A stretch of 64,000 nucleotides of DNA, taken from Blastocatellia bacterium UBA7656 (GTDB lineage Bacteria; Acidobacteriota; Blastocatellia; UBA7656). Below are positions 9,830-18,692 of the stretch, in pieces. The stretch is taken from NCBI GenBank assembly GCA_002483445.1, contig DLHY01000007.1, positions 86,114-150,113 on the forward strand. Direction: 5' to 3'. The notes under the pieces were generated by a model. It had not been told where the DNA came from. It worked only from the letters and a program-made list of their open reading frames with translations, and did not search any database. Both the position numbers and the translations under genes were made by a program. How positions within the stretch are numbered: the first letter of the stretch is position 1; each line of letters begins with the position of its first letter.

Positions 9830-10147
9830 TCCTGAGTAGCTCAACGGTAGAGCATCCGGCTGTGACGATGGAAAATCGCAGCTTCCACAGGCGACTGTGG
9901 TTGAAAAATCGGGTGAATTCAGGAAACCCTAAACCGACGCGAGTCGGCATGGCAATCCTGAGCGAAGCCTGCTGAAAGGCATCACAGTAAGCAGGAACGT
10001 GCAGAGACTTAGGGATTGAGGAGCCTGACCGATAAAATCCCGTAAGCGCCCGACAACTCTCAGAGTTGATGAGATAGTCCGCGCCTGAGCGAAAGCTCAG
10101 GATAAAGCGTAACCGGAGGGTTGTAGGTTCGAATCCTACCTCAGGAG
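9830..10147 (+). tRNA. tRNA-Thr(CGU) gene interrupted by a group I intron (exon 1 9830-9861, intron 9862-10107, exon 2 10108-10147); no encoded CCA
   Basis: Acceptor 5' tcctgag pairs with 3' ctcagga. D-arm gctc/aacggta/gagc. Anticodon stem tccgg...ccgga. Spliced loop cU|CGUAA with anticodon CGU. T-arm gtagg/ttcgaat/cctac. The intervening 246 nt end in G and contain group-I-like elements. Confidence 0.75.
9862..10107 (+). ncRNA. group I (IC3-like) self-splicing intron within tRNA anticodon loop
   Basis: 5' exon ends in U33 and the intron ends in G. An R-like element (gtgCAGAGACUuagg) and an S-like element (gatgAGAUAGUCcg) can form P7 (GACU/AGUC). A P9 hairpin cctgagc-GAAA-gctcagg sits just before the terminal G. 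A GNRA-capped hairpin gccgac-GCGA-gtcggc is also present. Confidence 0.7.
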
Positions 10148-10154
10148 CTTTTTC

Positions 10155-10196
10155 AAAATCCCTGCGGATCGTTTTACCCGCAGGGATTTTTCTTTG
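10155..10196 (+). terminator. rho-independent terminator after tRNA
   Basis: Hairpin atccctgcgg / ccgcagggat followed by a T-run (tttttctttg). Confidence 0.7.
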
Positions 10197-10209
10197 TCTT
10201 CACCTGATT

Positions 10210-11190
10210 TCATAAATTGACGAATTTCATCATCGCTTCCGGGTAACGTGTTCCCGCTGCTGCTCCCTGCGGCGCAATCTCGTTGATGAGCGCGAGGTCT
10301 TCCTCAGACAGTGTAACTTCTGTCGCGCCCGCATTCTCTTCAAGATACTCGCGCCGCTTGGTTCCGGGGATGGGAACGATGTCATCACCCTGCGCCAGCG
10401 CCCAGGCCAGAGCGAGTTGTGAGGGAGTCGCATTCTTCGACCGGGCCATCTCTGTTATTCGCTCGACCAGTTCGAGATTCTTCTTGAAGTTTTCTCCCTG
10501 AAAGCGCGGCGAGTAGCGGCGATAATCATCCTCGGCAAGGTCATCGAAACTTTTTATCTGCCCGGTGAGAAAGCCTCGTCCCAAAGGGCTATAGGCCACG
10601 AATCCGATTCCTAGCTCGCGCACGACCGCGAGTATCTCGTCTTCGGGGTCGCGGCTCCACAGAGAGTATTCCGTTTGCAATGCGCTGATGGGATAAACCG
10701 CGTGCGCCCGACGTATGGTATCAGGCGCGGCTTCGCTTAGACCGAGGAACGACACTTTGCCTAATCTGACGAGTTCGGCCATCGCGCCGACGGTATCTTC
10801 TATCGGCACACTGGTGTCTACGCGATGCTGATAGTAGAGATCGATGTGATCTATGCCGAGTCGTTGCAGCGAAGCATCACATGCCTCGCGGACGTATGCG
10901 GGATGGCCATCGATCCACCTGAGGTCTCCGCTTCGACGTATGCCGAATTTGGTGGCGACGACGACCTGATCGCGGCGTCCGCGAATGGCTTTGTTTATGA
11001 GTTGTTCATTCGTATAAGGGCCGTACATATCGGACGTATCGAGGAAATCCATACCGAGATCGAGAGCGCGATGAATGGTGGCTATGGATTCGTTTTCATC
11101 CGTCGGGCCGTAGAATTCCGACATGCCCATGCAGCCGAGTCCGATACAGGAAGTAATAAGACCTTGCGTTCCTAACCTGCGCTTTTGCAT
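10210..11190 (-). CDS. aldo/keto reductase (AKR, Tas/YajO-like)
   Basis: [26 protein letters not shown]....[16 protein letters not shown]; typical AKR length of 326 aa. Confidence 0.9.
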   Translation of the reverse strand: MQKRRLGTQGLITSCIGLGCMGMSEFYGPTDENESIATIHRALDLGMDFLDTSDMYGPYTNEQLINKAIRGRRDQVVVATKFGIRRSGDLRWIDGHPAYVREACDASLQRLGIDHIDLYYQHRVDTSVPIEDTVGAMAELVRLGKVSFLGLSEAAPDTIRRAHAVYPISALQTEYSLWSRDPEDEILAVVRELGIGFVAYSPLGRGFLTGQIKSFDDLAEDDYRRYSPRFQGENFKKNLELVERITEMARSKNATPSQLALAWALAQGDDIVPIPGTKRREYLEENAGATEVTLSEEDLALINEIAPQGAAAGTRYPEAMMKFVNL

Positions 11191-11284
11191 TTCAGCCTCC
11201 TCTGGAAAACAGTTTTCAGTTTTCAGTTTTCAGTTCTCACCATTTCAGAGCGTCACTGAAAATGACATCGATGACTCCTTCGAA

Positions 11285-11356
11285 GTGGCGCAAGCTGTTA
11301 GCTTGCGCGGCTCCAAATTTCGTACTTTCAAAGAGCGCAACCTGTTAGATTGCGCT
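11285..11356. repeat. REP-like palindromic intergenic element, copy 1 (GTGGCGCAAGCTGTTAGCTTGCGC + second hairpin)
   Basis: A perfect 9-bp stem hairpin gcgcaagct-gtt-agcttgcgc is followed by cgtactttca..gcgcaa...ttgcgc. Near-identical copies lie at 23521-23544 and 39113-39185. Confidence 0.7.
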
Positions 11357-11421
11357 GCATCAATAACTCCTGAATTTGTTTTTGTTTTATTGAGAATATC
11401 AGGTCGACTGACGATTGCGCA

Positions 11422-11871
11422 TCAACTGCCCTCGGCATTTCCCGCTTTCCTTCGCGCGAGCAGATAGTCGATTGAGAATCGATCTTCTTCGCGCGGCAGC
11501 ATGAATATAAAGAGCAGCAATGCGAGACGGGGTATGACGTGCGTGTGGAATTGAAAGAGCGGCTCTTTGAGGAGATGCCCGAATGTCACTATGGCGAGAA
11601 CTCCTCCGAGCGAGACGAGCGCCTCGCGAGTGCGCAGGCCGATGATGACTAAAGCGCCCGCAAGAAGTTCTATGAAAGGGATTGTGACGCCCACCGTCCA
11701 GAGCGACCACACAGGCAGGAAGGTATCGGAGAAAGGCAGGAAATATTTGCGCGCGTGTTCGAGCGGGCCAAGTTGAAAGACCTTCCACCTGCCCGCCATG
11801 AAAAATATCAGTCCGAGCGTGAGTCGGGCGAACAAAAGCGCCCAGCTTCGATTTGTGTCGTGTGGTTTCAC
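11422..11871 (-). CDS. DoxX family membrane protein
   Basis: A 149-aa protein with four TM helices and DoxX-like motifs (RLTLGLIFFMAGRWKV...). Confidence 0.75.
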   Translation of the reverse strand: MKPHDTNRSWALLFARLTLGLIFFMAGRWKVFQLGPLEHARKYFLPFSDTFLPVWSLWTVGVTIPFIELLAGALVIIGLRTREALVSLGGVLAIVTFGHLLKEPLFQFHTHVIPRLALLLFIFMLPREEDRFSIDYLLARRKAGNAEGS

Positions 11872-11877
11872 AATAGG

Positions 11878-12126
11878 CTATTTATGCCTCGCTTTTCTTT
11901 TTGAGCTTTCGGGCAGAGCAGCGACCAGAGCGCGAAGAACGGCATTCACAGATTCGGGAGTAGTGAAAACCTTTGACACTTCAGGGTCGAGAAGCACCAC
12001 GAGGCGTTCTTTACTTATCCGACCAGCGAATCGGTTGGGCTTGGCCTTGCTGTAGTCGAAGCTGTACTCCGCGAGCATTTCTTCTGATTCTTTACTGCGA
12101 GATTTAGAGGTCGGTATTTTCTTCAT
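11878..12126 (-). CDS. brnA: BrnA-type antitoxin (DUF4415 family)
   Basis: AEYSFDYSKAKPNRFAG...VVLLDPEVSKVFTTPESVNAVLRAL. It overlaps the upstream DUF497 toxin gene by 23 nt. The start was placed at MKKIPTSK, which has a GGAAGGA Shine-Dalgarno. Confidence 0.75.
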   Translation of the reverse strand: MKKIPTSKSRSKESEEMLAEYSFDYSKAKPNRFAGRISKERLVVLLDPEVSKVFTTPESVNAVLRALVAALPESSKRKARHK

Positions 12127-12403
12127 AATCCTTCCGTTCTTTCGCTGTTGGCAATCGCGCACTGATAATGCGGATGATTTCTCCGGGCCGTTCGGTGAAG
12201 CAGACCAATAGCAATCGCTTATTTATGGAATACCCGATGATGATCTCACGCCTTTCATTTTTGGAATGCACTTCATCATCAAAGATCACGGCCAATGAAT
12301 TATCAAAGACGGTACTCGCCTCGTCAAAGCTAACCCCGTGCTTGAGTTCATTTGATCTGGCTTTGTTGTCATCCCATTCAAACCGATAGCTCATACAGAT
12401 CAT
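12104..12403 (-). CDS. brnT: BrnT-type ribonuclease toxin (DUF497)
   Basis: YRFEWDDNKARSNELKHGVSFDEASTVF....ERREIIIGYS...LLLVCFTERPGEIIRIISARLPTAKERKDYEE is a canonical DUF497 signature. Confidence 0.8.
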   Translation of the reverse strand: MICMSYRFEWDDNKARSNELKHGVSFDEASTVFDNSLAVIFDDEVHSKNERREIIIGYSINKRLLLVCFTERPGEIIRIISARLPTAKERKDYEENTDL

Positions 12404-12554
12404 CCATTGTGGTTTTCAACGGCTGAGGCTTACAGGGAAGAAGCGGCCCTGTCAATCGCCGCCCTTGGTTCAATCTTGCAATCGAACGCCTGATGGCTTC
12501 GAAACAAGTCGAGCCAACAGCAGTACAAATACGCCTAGATACTGCTTCACTGTC

Positions 12555-13376
12555 TTACCATTGAATATTGGGCCAATGCTCTTTAATTCTTTCGATAAGG
12601 GGGCCGACTATGCCAATCAACTCTCTTGCTTTTGACGCTATACTCGCTAAAGTTTCGATTCCTCTCTTAACTTTTTGCAGCCCCTTTGGATTTTCTTCGC
12701 GATCTGCCAATACAGTAAGTTTCTCAATTCTTTTCAAAGCTTCTTCCTTATCAGCTTTGTCCAATTCTTTCGATTCTTCAAAGGCTTCCCGTAGTTGATC
12801 GATAGTTTGATTGAATTGAGTATTCAGCGAGGCCGTTACTTTGGCCTTATTCTCTTTCCCTCCTACTTGTATAGAGGAACCAACGACGGGCCCACTAATA
12901 TTTAAACCTACAGTTTGCTTCTTTTTCATTTTTCTCTCTTTCTTGAGTTTCTTTCGTTTAAGTTCAGCTTTCGTGATTTCGAACAATAGCTTCTGACGTG
13001 CTTCTCGATTTATCTGTTCAAACTCATTATCTAAATGAGTACTTGTACCATGTCCGCGTTCGCCAGCGTAGTGCATAAAGCTTGTGAGTATGCTCGGATG
13101 AGCCGAGTTTAGTCTGTTAATGAAGTCTTCCACATCAGATTTCTCAAATTTTATTTCATATTGTTCATAAGCTTCCAGCAAACTTTCGACGCGAGCTTGT
13201 ACCAACCTACTCCATCGCTCAATTATCACGTTTAGAATAGCCTGACCCCTTGCCCCACCACGAGGCATCAAGCTTTGCACGCGGTTCATCTCCGGCTGAA
13301 ACCAACGATCAATTTCCGTAGTTCTTCGCCCACAGGCTTGTTGGTAATAACGTTGTGCCTCTTCGCTTAATCTCAT
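12555..13376 (-). CDS. hypothetical protein, AT-rich (about 40% GC) orphan with Lys/Glu-rich coiled-coil C-terminal half
   Basis: Long intact ORF of 273 aa. Its composition differs markedly from the flanking DNA, and it shows no recognisable domain. Confidence 0.55.
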   Translation of the reverse strand: MRLSEEAQRYYQQACGRRTTEIDRWFQPEMNRVQSLMPRGGARGQAILNVIIERWSRLVQARVESLLEAYEQYEIKFEKSDVEDFINRLNSAHPSILTSFMHYAGERGHGTSTHLDNEFEQINREARQKLLFEITKAELKRKKLKKERKMKKKQTVGLNISGPVVGSSIQVGGKENKAKVTASLNTQFNQTIDQLREAFEESKELDKADKEEALKRIEKLTVLADREENPKGLQKVKRGIETLASIASKARELIGIVGPLIERIKEHWPNIQW

Positions 13377-13578
13377 AAGTGCCTATCATAACAAAAGCCC
13401 TCCTGTTTTCCGAAAGGGTCGTTTCCATATTTCTAACCTCTACTCATGCCGCGCCACATTCTCACCCTGCTCTGCGCTCAGTTCAGCGATGTAAGCGACG
13501 CTCATCGGATCAAGCCTCCCGTCTCTGAATTTGATTGCCAGTTGGGAGAACCTGGTCGACGACCTGCGCGCCTGATCG

Positions 13579-13815
13579 TCAGTCAGGCATCACGTCGCGG
13601 CTGCTGGTTTTCGCCACTTTGATCAACAGCCGCAACGCTTCATTTACCGACTCCGAATCCGGGAATGCTTGCGCGACATCCGGCGCAAGCCGTATCAGAT
13701 TCGTGCCTGCTTTGTATCGCTCGGCGTATTTGCCTCTCACCCTGTTCTTGAGTTGAGAAAAATCATACTCCGGGCGCAGATCATCTTCTGTTTCATTATT
13801 GATTTTCTTCTTCAT
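13579..13815 (-). CDS. DUF4415 / BrnA-like antitoxin-family protein (no cognate DUF497 toxin adjacent)
   Basis: PEYDFSQLKNRVRGKYAERYKAGTNLIRLAPDVAQAFPDSESVNEALRLL. The start was placed at MKKKINNE. Confidence 0.7.
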   Translation of the reverse strand: MKKKINNETEDDLRPEYDFSQLKNRVRGKYAERYKAGTNLIRLAPDVAQAFPDSESVNEALRLLIKVAKTSSRDVMPD

Positions 13816-13902
13816 ATTTCTCTTCGTCCCACTCAAATTCCACGGCCAGAGTATAACATCAGGCATTGCTCAATATCTCTTTTGTTGTTGTGAGCGATTC
13901 GT

Positions 13903-14238
13903 TCAGACAGCCGCAAAGTCTGTGTACTTGCGCACGTCGGCTGGATGAAACCCCAGAACTATATCCTCGCGCGGGATGCCCGCTTCCAACAGAGCTTCAG
14001 CCACCGGGCGCGAAGTCCCGTCGTATTGAATCCACACTTTTTCGTTGATGATATCGATATGAATCACTGAGCCGTGAACGCGCCGCACGCCGTCCCACCC
14101 TACATGCATGACCTCATAGTGGTTTCTTTCCGAATCAATGATCGCTTCGGTCTCTATCTGCCCGTGCGAGGGTTTATAGCTGGCGTACTCTCTGATGATC
14201 CGGCTAACGATCTCGCGATAATTACTTAGCTTATCCAT
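13903..14238 (-). CDS. xisI: XisI family protein
   Basis: MDKLSNYREIVSRIIREYAS...ETEAIIDSERNHYEVMHVGWDG.RRVHGSVIHIDIINEKVWIQYDGT...DIVLGFH is a canonical XisI sequence. Confidence 0.85.
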   Translation of the reverse strand: MDKLSNYREIVSRIIREYASYKPSHGQIETEAIIDSERNHYEVMHVGWDGVRRVHGSVIHIDIINEKVWIQYDGTSRPVAEALLEAGIPREDIVLGFHPADVRKYTDFAAV

Positions 14239-14645
14239 TTGACAATCCTTTCCTGCTGCTCATCGAACACGATGAGTCGAATCTTCACGCGCTGAAGAAT
14301 CAACTGGCCGAATCGCTCCGTGAAGATGCCTTCATAGACACGCTGAGGCACTGCAAGAAAGAGCAAACGATCCGGTTCCAATTCCAACAGCACGCTGCGG
14401 TAAACTTCGTACTGACCGACGGCTCCTTCCAGATCGCGCATTATCGAAGGACTCAGAAAACTTTTGATCTCAACGGCTATCTTATACCCGCTCTTCTCGG
14501 CGGCTATCGTGTCCCGCTCTGCTCCAAGATCGACATAAAGGTCTTTGCCGCCGAAGGAGAGCGAAAGTGGATCATCCGTGATCCTCCAGCCCTCCGCCGT
14601 CAGCGCGTGAACAACAACGTCGTGATATATATCCTTTGCAGGCAT
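14226..14645 (-). CDS. xisH: XisH family protein (predicted endonuclease fold)
   Basis: MPAKDIYHDVVVHALTAEGWRITDDPLSL..GGKDLYVDLGAE...AAEKSGYKIAVEIKSFLSPS is a canonical XisH sequence. It overlaps the xisI start by 13 nt. Confidence 0.85.
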   Translation of the reverse strand: MPAKDIYHDVVVHALTAEGWRITDDPLSLSFGGKDLYVDLGAERDTIAAEKSGYKIAVEIKSFLSPSIMRDLEGAVGQYEVYRSVLLELEPDRLLFLAVPQRVYEGIFTERFGQLILQRVKIRLIVFDEQQERIVKWIS

Positions 14646-14743
14646 AAAAGATAGTTTCACCAGAAACGAAACTGTCGGCATCCCGTGTCGAACAGGTTGA
14701 TTGTAAGACCGCAATCAGGTTGCAGCAAGAGAGCAGGCTGAAG

Positions 14744-17527
14744 CTACGAAGACACTATCGGGCCGATCAGAGGAAACAACTCTGAAGCATCAACATCCTT
14801 TTCTTCGCGATTGAAATCAGCGGCAGAGATGCCCTCGCTCTGCTCAATTTCATCATCATTGATCGCCTTTGCGAAAATCGTATGAGCATCGCGCCACCAA
14901 ACAGCAACTTCTCCGCCGGGATACTGAATCGTTTCCGCTCCGTCTTCTTCATCAATCCCAAGCGCGACAGCGAGGCGCGAGAGCCAGTCGTCGCCTTTGA
15001 GCCGTGAGCGTAACGCGCCCGATACGATCAGGTGATCGCGCGCCCGCGTGGCCGCCACGTAAAGCAATCGCTTCTTTTCCGACTGCTCCGCTCTCGCCTC
15101 GATAAACTTCATCATTTTGAAATAAGCGGGCTGCAAATCATCGTCTCCCGCTGTGCTGTCAGCTTTCACCGCGACCGCAAGCCCGAATTCCTGATGCGTC
15201 CTCACTATGTCGCGGTCACGCCCGCCCGCGTAACTCGCATCGACGATCCAGACTATCGGAAATTCAAGCCCCTTCGCTTTATGCACCGTCATTATTCTCA
15301 CCGCGCCCGCTTCTTCGACTGTAGCCTCGCCTTCGCGAGCCTCGCGGAATTTCAAATTCTCTATTCGATCCACCATCTCAAGCAATGTGAGGCGCGGAAG
15401 GGCGCGAGCCTGCTCGACGAATTTTTCGACGTTCGCAACTCTCCGCTCGCCCTTTGGAAGCATCATCAATGTCGCCAGATAGCCTGTCTCTTCAAGCGCA
15501 GAGGAGATCAAATCCGACGCGCTCACCCTTCCGGCCATCTCGCGCAGTCGCGTCAAAACTTCTCGCGCGAATATCACAGCCTCGCACTCATCAACGGGAA
15601 TCTCTACCGACTCATCGCGCAACGCATCCCAGAGCAGGCCGCGACGAAGCCTCAACCTGAGAAGCGTTTCATCCGTGAGCGCGAACATCGGAGACCGCAG
15701 CGCCGCCGCCAGGTGCAGATCATCAATCGGGCTTGCGAGAAATGCCAGCAGGTTGTTCAGGTCGACTATTTCCTGTCGATCATAAAACCCGCGCCCAGCA
15801 GTCGTGACATAAGGAATGCCTTCGTCGGCAAGCGCCTGCTCGTAAATTTCGAAATAAGTCGAAGCCTGAAACAGAAGGGCGAAATCTCCCGGTTCTGCTC
15901 GCTTCAAACATCCGTCCTCATCGCATACAATCGCATCCCCACGGATGATTTCCTTTATCCGAAGCGCTATCAATCTTGCTTCAGCTTCGCGCAACCCGGC
16001 GGCATCGAGCTTTTCTTCCGCGTCTTTCTTCTGAGTGATGAAGTGAAACTCTACGGCAGGTTTCGAATGCAGGGCAGTGCGCGCCGCCTTCATCGATTGA
16101 TAAGGCGTATCGTGTCGGCTCTCGGCGGTGAATATGAAAGGAAACAGATGATTGATGAAATCCACTAGCCGGTCGTGCGTGCGAAAGCAGGCGTCCATTC
16201 CGACTTCGCGACCGCCGGAGGAATTGAACTCCTCGCGGGCATCGTGAAAGATGGTCACGTCTGCGCCGCGAAATCTGTAAATCGATTGCTTGGCGTCGCC
16301 GATGATGAACAACTCCTCCGAACGCGGAGCTATCGCCCAGAGTATTCGTTTTTGAATCGGCGCAGTATCCTGAAACTCATCTACCATAAGCGCGCGAATC
16401 AGTCCCCGCTGAGGGTCGTTGTATCGAAGGCAAACTTCTTCCTGACCCGCAAGCAGCCGTTCAGTCAAGTCTTCGAGATCGTTGAAATCCAGCAAAGCGC
16501 GCTCCCGCTTGAGCGAAGCGAACCGCTCACGCGCTCTTGCATAAAGTCGCGCAAGTCCCGTGATGACTTCCGCCGCCGCCGCGTCCGCTTCGTTGATTTC
16601 CAGTTTGAGCAACGCCTCGCCGCGCACTTCTTCGCGCAATTGGTCGAGGGCCTCGCGAACGGCTCCCAGAGCCTCTTCTGAGGGCCATTTCTTTTTCGAC
16701 CCCCCCCGCAGGTTGATGCTCCGCTCTATTTCGAGCAACGTCTCTGCCGCCTGCTCTCCATCCAGACGAGCGAGCAATGCAGCGACATCAGAACGAACCA
16801 TCTCCATCTTGTCGGTCGGGTCATCAGCGCGAAGGGAAGCGACTATCTGCGCATTGCGTTTCCACGTCTCGCGCTCTATGAGAAGGCGGGCGGCGTCCGT
16901 GCGCGCTCGCTCGAACTGTTCGCGCTGAAACTCTGCGATATCGTTTGCGCTCAGGCCGTCGATGCGACCAACGGCGCGGGCGGCCCGCTCGCCCTGATAG
17001 ATGAGCGAGCGCAAAATGGATCGAACTTCGCGCGAAGAGAGATGATCGAATACCTCGATGCCCGATCCGGTTTTCGCATCGCGCGCGGCATCATCGATAG
17101 CTCCCTCGATGGCGCGATCCATAAGCGCAGCGGCTTCGAGTTCGTCAACGACTTCGAAGGTCGGATCGAGTCCGGCTTCAGCCGGGTGGGCGCGGAGGAT
17201 CGCGGAGCAAAGCGAATGGATCGTGCCTATGCGCGAGGAGTCGAGCGCGTTGCGATGTTCGCGCCATCGGCGACGATCTTCTAATGATTCGCTCTTTTCT
17301 ATGCGCGAGCGAATTTCTTTTCTGATGCGCGAGACCATTTCTCTCGCGGCCTTTTCGGTAAACGTCACTGCCACGATGTCGGAAACTCGCCAGTCCCGGT
17401 TTTCTTCGAGCAGTCGAAGGAACCTCTCGACCAGCACGCGAGTTTTTCCAGACCCCGCGCCCGCCGACACGATCACCCTCCGGCCCCGCGTCTCTACGGC
17501 TTCAAGTTGTGAGTCAGTCCAGTTCAT
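14744..17527 (-). CDS. UvrD/PcrA-family superfamily-1 DNA helicase (927 aa)
   Basis: N-terminal SAGAGSGKT (Walker A), DEFQDT (motif II), and a C-terminal VTRARDHLIV-type motif VI (AATRARDHLIVSG). No nuclease domain was recognised. Confidence 0.85.
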   Translation of the reverse strand: MNWTDSQLEAVETRGRRVIVSAGAGSGKTRVLVERFLRLLEENRDWRVSDIVAVTFTEKAAREMVSRIRKEIRSRIEKSESLEDRRRWREHRNALDSSRIGTIHSLCSAILRAHPAEAGLDPTFEVVDELEAAALMDRAIEGAIDDAARDAKTGSGIEVFDHLSSREVRSILRSLIYQGERAARAVGRIDGLSANDIAEFQREQFERARTDAARLLIERETWKRNAQIVASLRADDPTDKMEMVRSDVAALLARLDGEQAAETLLEIERSINLRGGSKKKWPSEEALGAVREALDQLREEVRGEALLKLEINEADAAAAEVITGLARLYARARERFASLKRERALLDFNDLEDLTERLLAGQEEVCLRYNDPQRGLIRALMVDEFQDTAPIQKRILWAIAPRSEELFIIGDAKQSIYRFRGADVTIFHDAREEFNSSGGREVGMDACFRTHDRLVDFINHLFPFIFTAESRHDTPYQSMKAARTALHSKPAVEFHFITQKKDAEEKLDAAGLREAEARLIALRIKEIIRGDAIVCDEDGCLKRAEPGDFALLFQASTYFEIYEQALADEGIPYVTTAGRGFYDRQEIVDLNNLLAFLASPIDDLHLAAALRSPMFALTDETLLRLRLRRGLLWDALRDESVEIPVDECEAVIFAREVLTRLREMAGRVSASDLISSALEETGYLATLMMLPKGERRVANVEKFVEQARALPRLTLLEMVDRIENLKFREAREGEATVEEAGAVRIMTVHKAKGLEFPIVWIVDASYAGGRDRDIVRTHQEFGLAVAVKADSTAGDDDLQPAYFKMMKFIEARAEQSEKKRLLYVAATRARDHLIVSGALRSRLKGDDWLSRLAVALGIDEEDGAETIQYPGGEVAVWWRDAHTIFAKAINDDEIEQSEGISAADFNREEKDVDASELFPLIGPIVSS

Positions 17528-17808
17528 GAATGAGTGTGGGAGTATGGGAGTCGTGGAAGAAAACTCATCGCTCCCATTCTCTCAGAGCGTGTTTGAAAGT
17601 TAGTGCCGTAGGCACGAAATGTTTATAGAAAGAATGTTGGCTGGCTCAATCAAGCTCCGTAGGAGCGATATGAAGAACATATCGCTCCTACGGAGCTTGT
17701 CTTGATAGAGCATCATCATCTATAAACATCCCGCTCCTACGGAGCTAAAGAGGGAGTCGATTTTCCAAGCATGCTCTTACTCTCCCATACTCCCATACTC
17801 CCATTCAT
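17526..17808. repeat. MITE-like element: about 27-bp terminal inverted repeats (catgaatgagtgtgggagtatgggag / ctctcccatactcccatactcccattcat) enclosing a perfect 20-bp-stem hairpin
   Basis: The outer inverted repeat runs 17526-17553 against 17779-17808. The inner palindrome aagctccgtaggagcgatat-gaagaac-atatcgctcctacggagctt lies at about 17654-17700, with a partial third copy cgctcctacggagct at about 17732. Confidence 0.6.
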
Positions 17809-18692
17809 CTTTCCTCATCCCCCATCAAGCGATAAAGCGGCTTTGCCATTGCGATTATCAAAAGAGTGAGCAGCGCGCCGGCAAAGACATCGATTACGTA
17901 GTGATAGCGCAGATACACGGTTGAGATTATCAGCAAACTTCCGGGCGCAAGCAACAGCCAGAACGTGCGGCGATGAAAGCTATATGAATAATAGAGAACC
18001 AGGAGGGTGAGTTCAGTGTGGCCGCTTGGAAAACAATCGCGCGTTATGCCTTCGGCGCGATCCAGTGTCGAACGGATGAAGTCGAAAAATAATAAGCCTG
18101 TGAGCGGGAAGGTCTGCTCTGAGGCGAGTATGAATCGCGGCCCGATTGCCGGAACTGCGATGTAGCCGAGGTATGAAAGATAAAACCCAAGCACGATGAC
18201 GAAGAGCAGGAATTGAAATCTGTCGAATTCGCGCCTGCGCCACAACACCGCGCCGAGTATGAGCGGCAGGAAATAATATGTCGTGTAAGAGAGTTGAAAA
18301 ATTTCAGTCAGCGCGGGCCAGGTCACGCGCTCAAGCCAGACCGTCGGGTGCGCGCCGAAGATCGCATAATCGATTGCAGCAAGCTCATGGTCGTAGTCTC
18401 TCGGATGAATTCGCGGGATAAGGTATTCAAGCTCCTTGTAGACCAGAGGGATCAGCGCGACCGGATACCACGACCTTATGAAAAACAGGCGCGAAGGCTC
18501 AGGGTTGGTTGCTAGTGGCTGAGAGATTTTCGCGATCATAAAGATGAGCGCGATGGCAAAACCGTGTCCAATCCAAATCACCCACCACAGCGGGATGCGA
18601 TGAGAGAAAATTATCGAGAGAATGACGATCACTGACAGGTAGCCCGCTGTCGCAAGGTCTGCCGGATTGAGGTAGCGTCTGATCCCGCTCAC
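17805..18692 (-). CDS. PAP2-superfamily membrane phosphatase/transferase-like protein
   Basis: Multi-TM protein with PAP2 motifs (...CFPSGHT... and ...RYHYVIDV...). Its start is four-base overlapped with the upstream epimerase gene. Confidence 0.7.
   Translation of the reverse strand: MSGIRRYLNPADLATAGYLSVIVILSIIFSHRIPLWWVIWIGHGFAIALIFMIAKISQPLATNPEPSRLFFIRSWYPVALIPLVYKELEYLIPRIHPRDYDHELAAIDYAIFGAHPTVWLERVTWPALTEIFQLSYTTYYFLPLILGAVLWRRREFDRFQFLLFVIVLGFYLSYLGYIAVPAIGPRFILASEQTFPLTGLLFFDFIRSTLDRAEGITRDCFPSGHTELTLLVLYYSYSFHRRTFWLLLAPGSLLIISTVYLRYHYVIDVFAGALLTLLIIAMAKPLYRLMGDEER

Noticed and set aside
15032-16168. 378-aa ORF on the plus strand
   Set aside because: It lies entirely antisense within the UvrD-like helicase gene. 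It is Arg/His-rich with no motifs, a typical high-GC antisense artefact.
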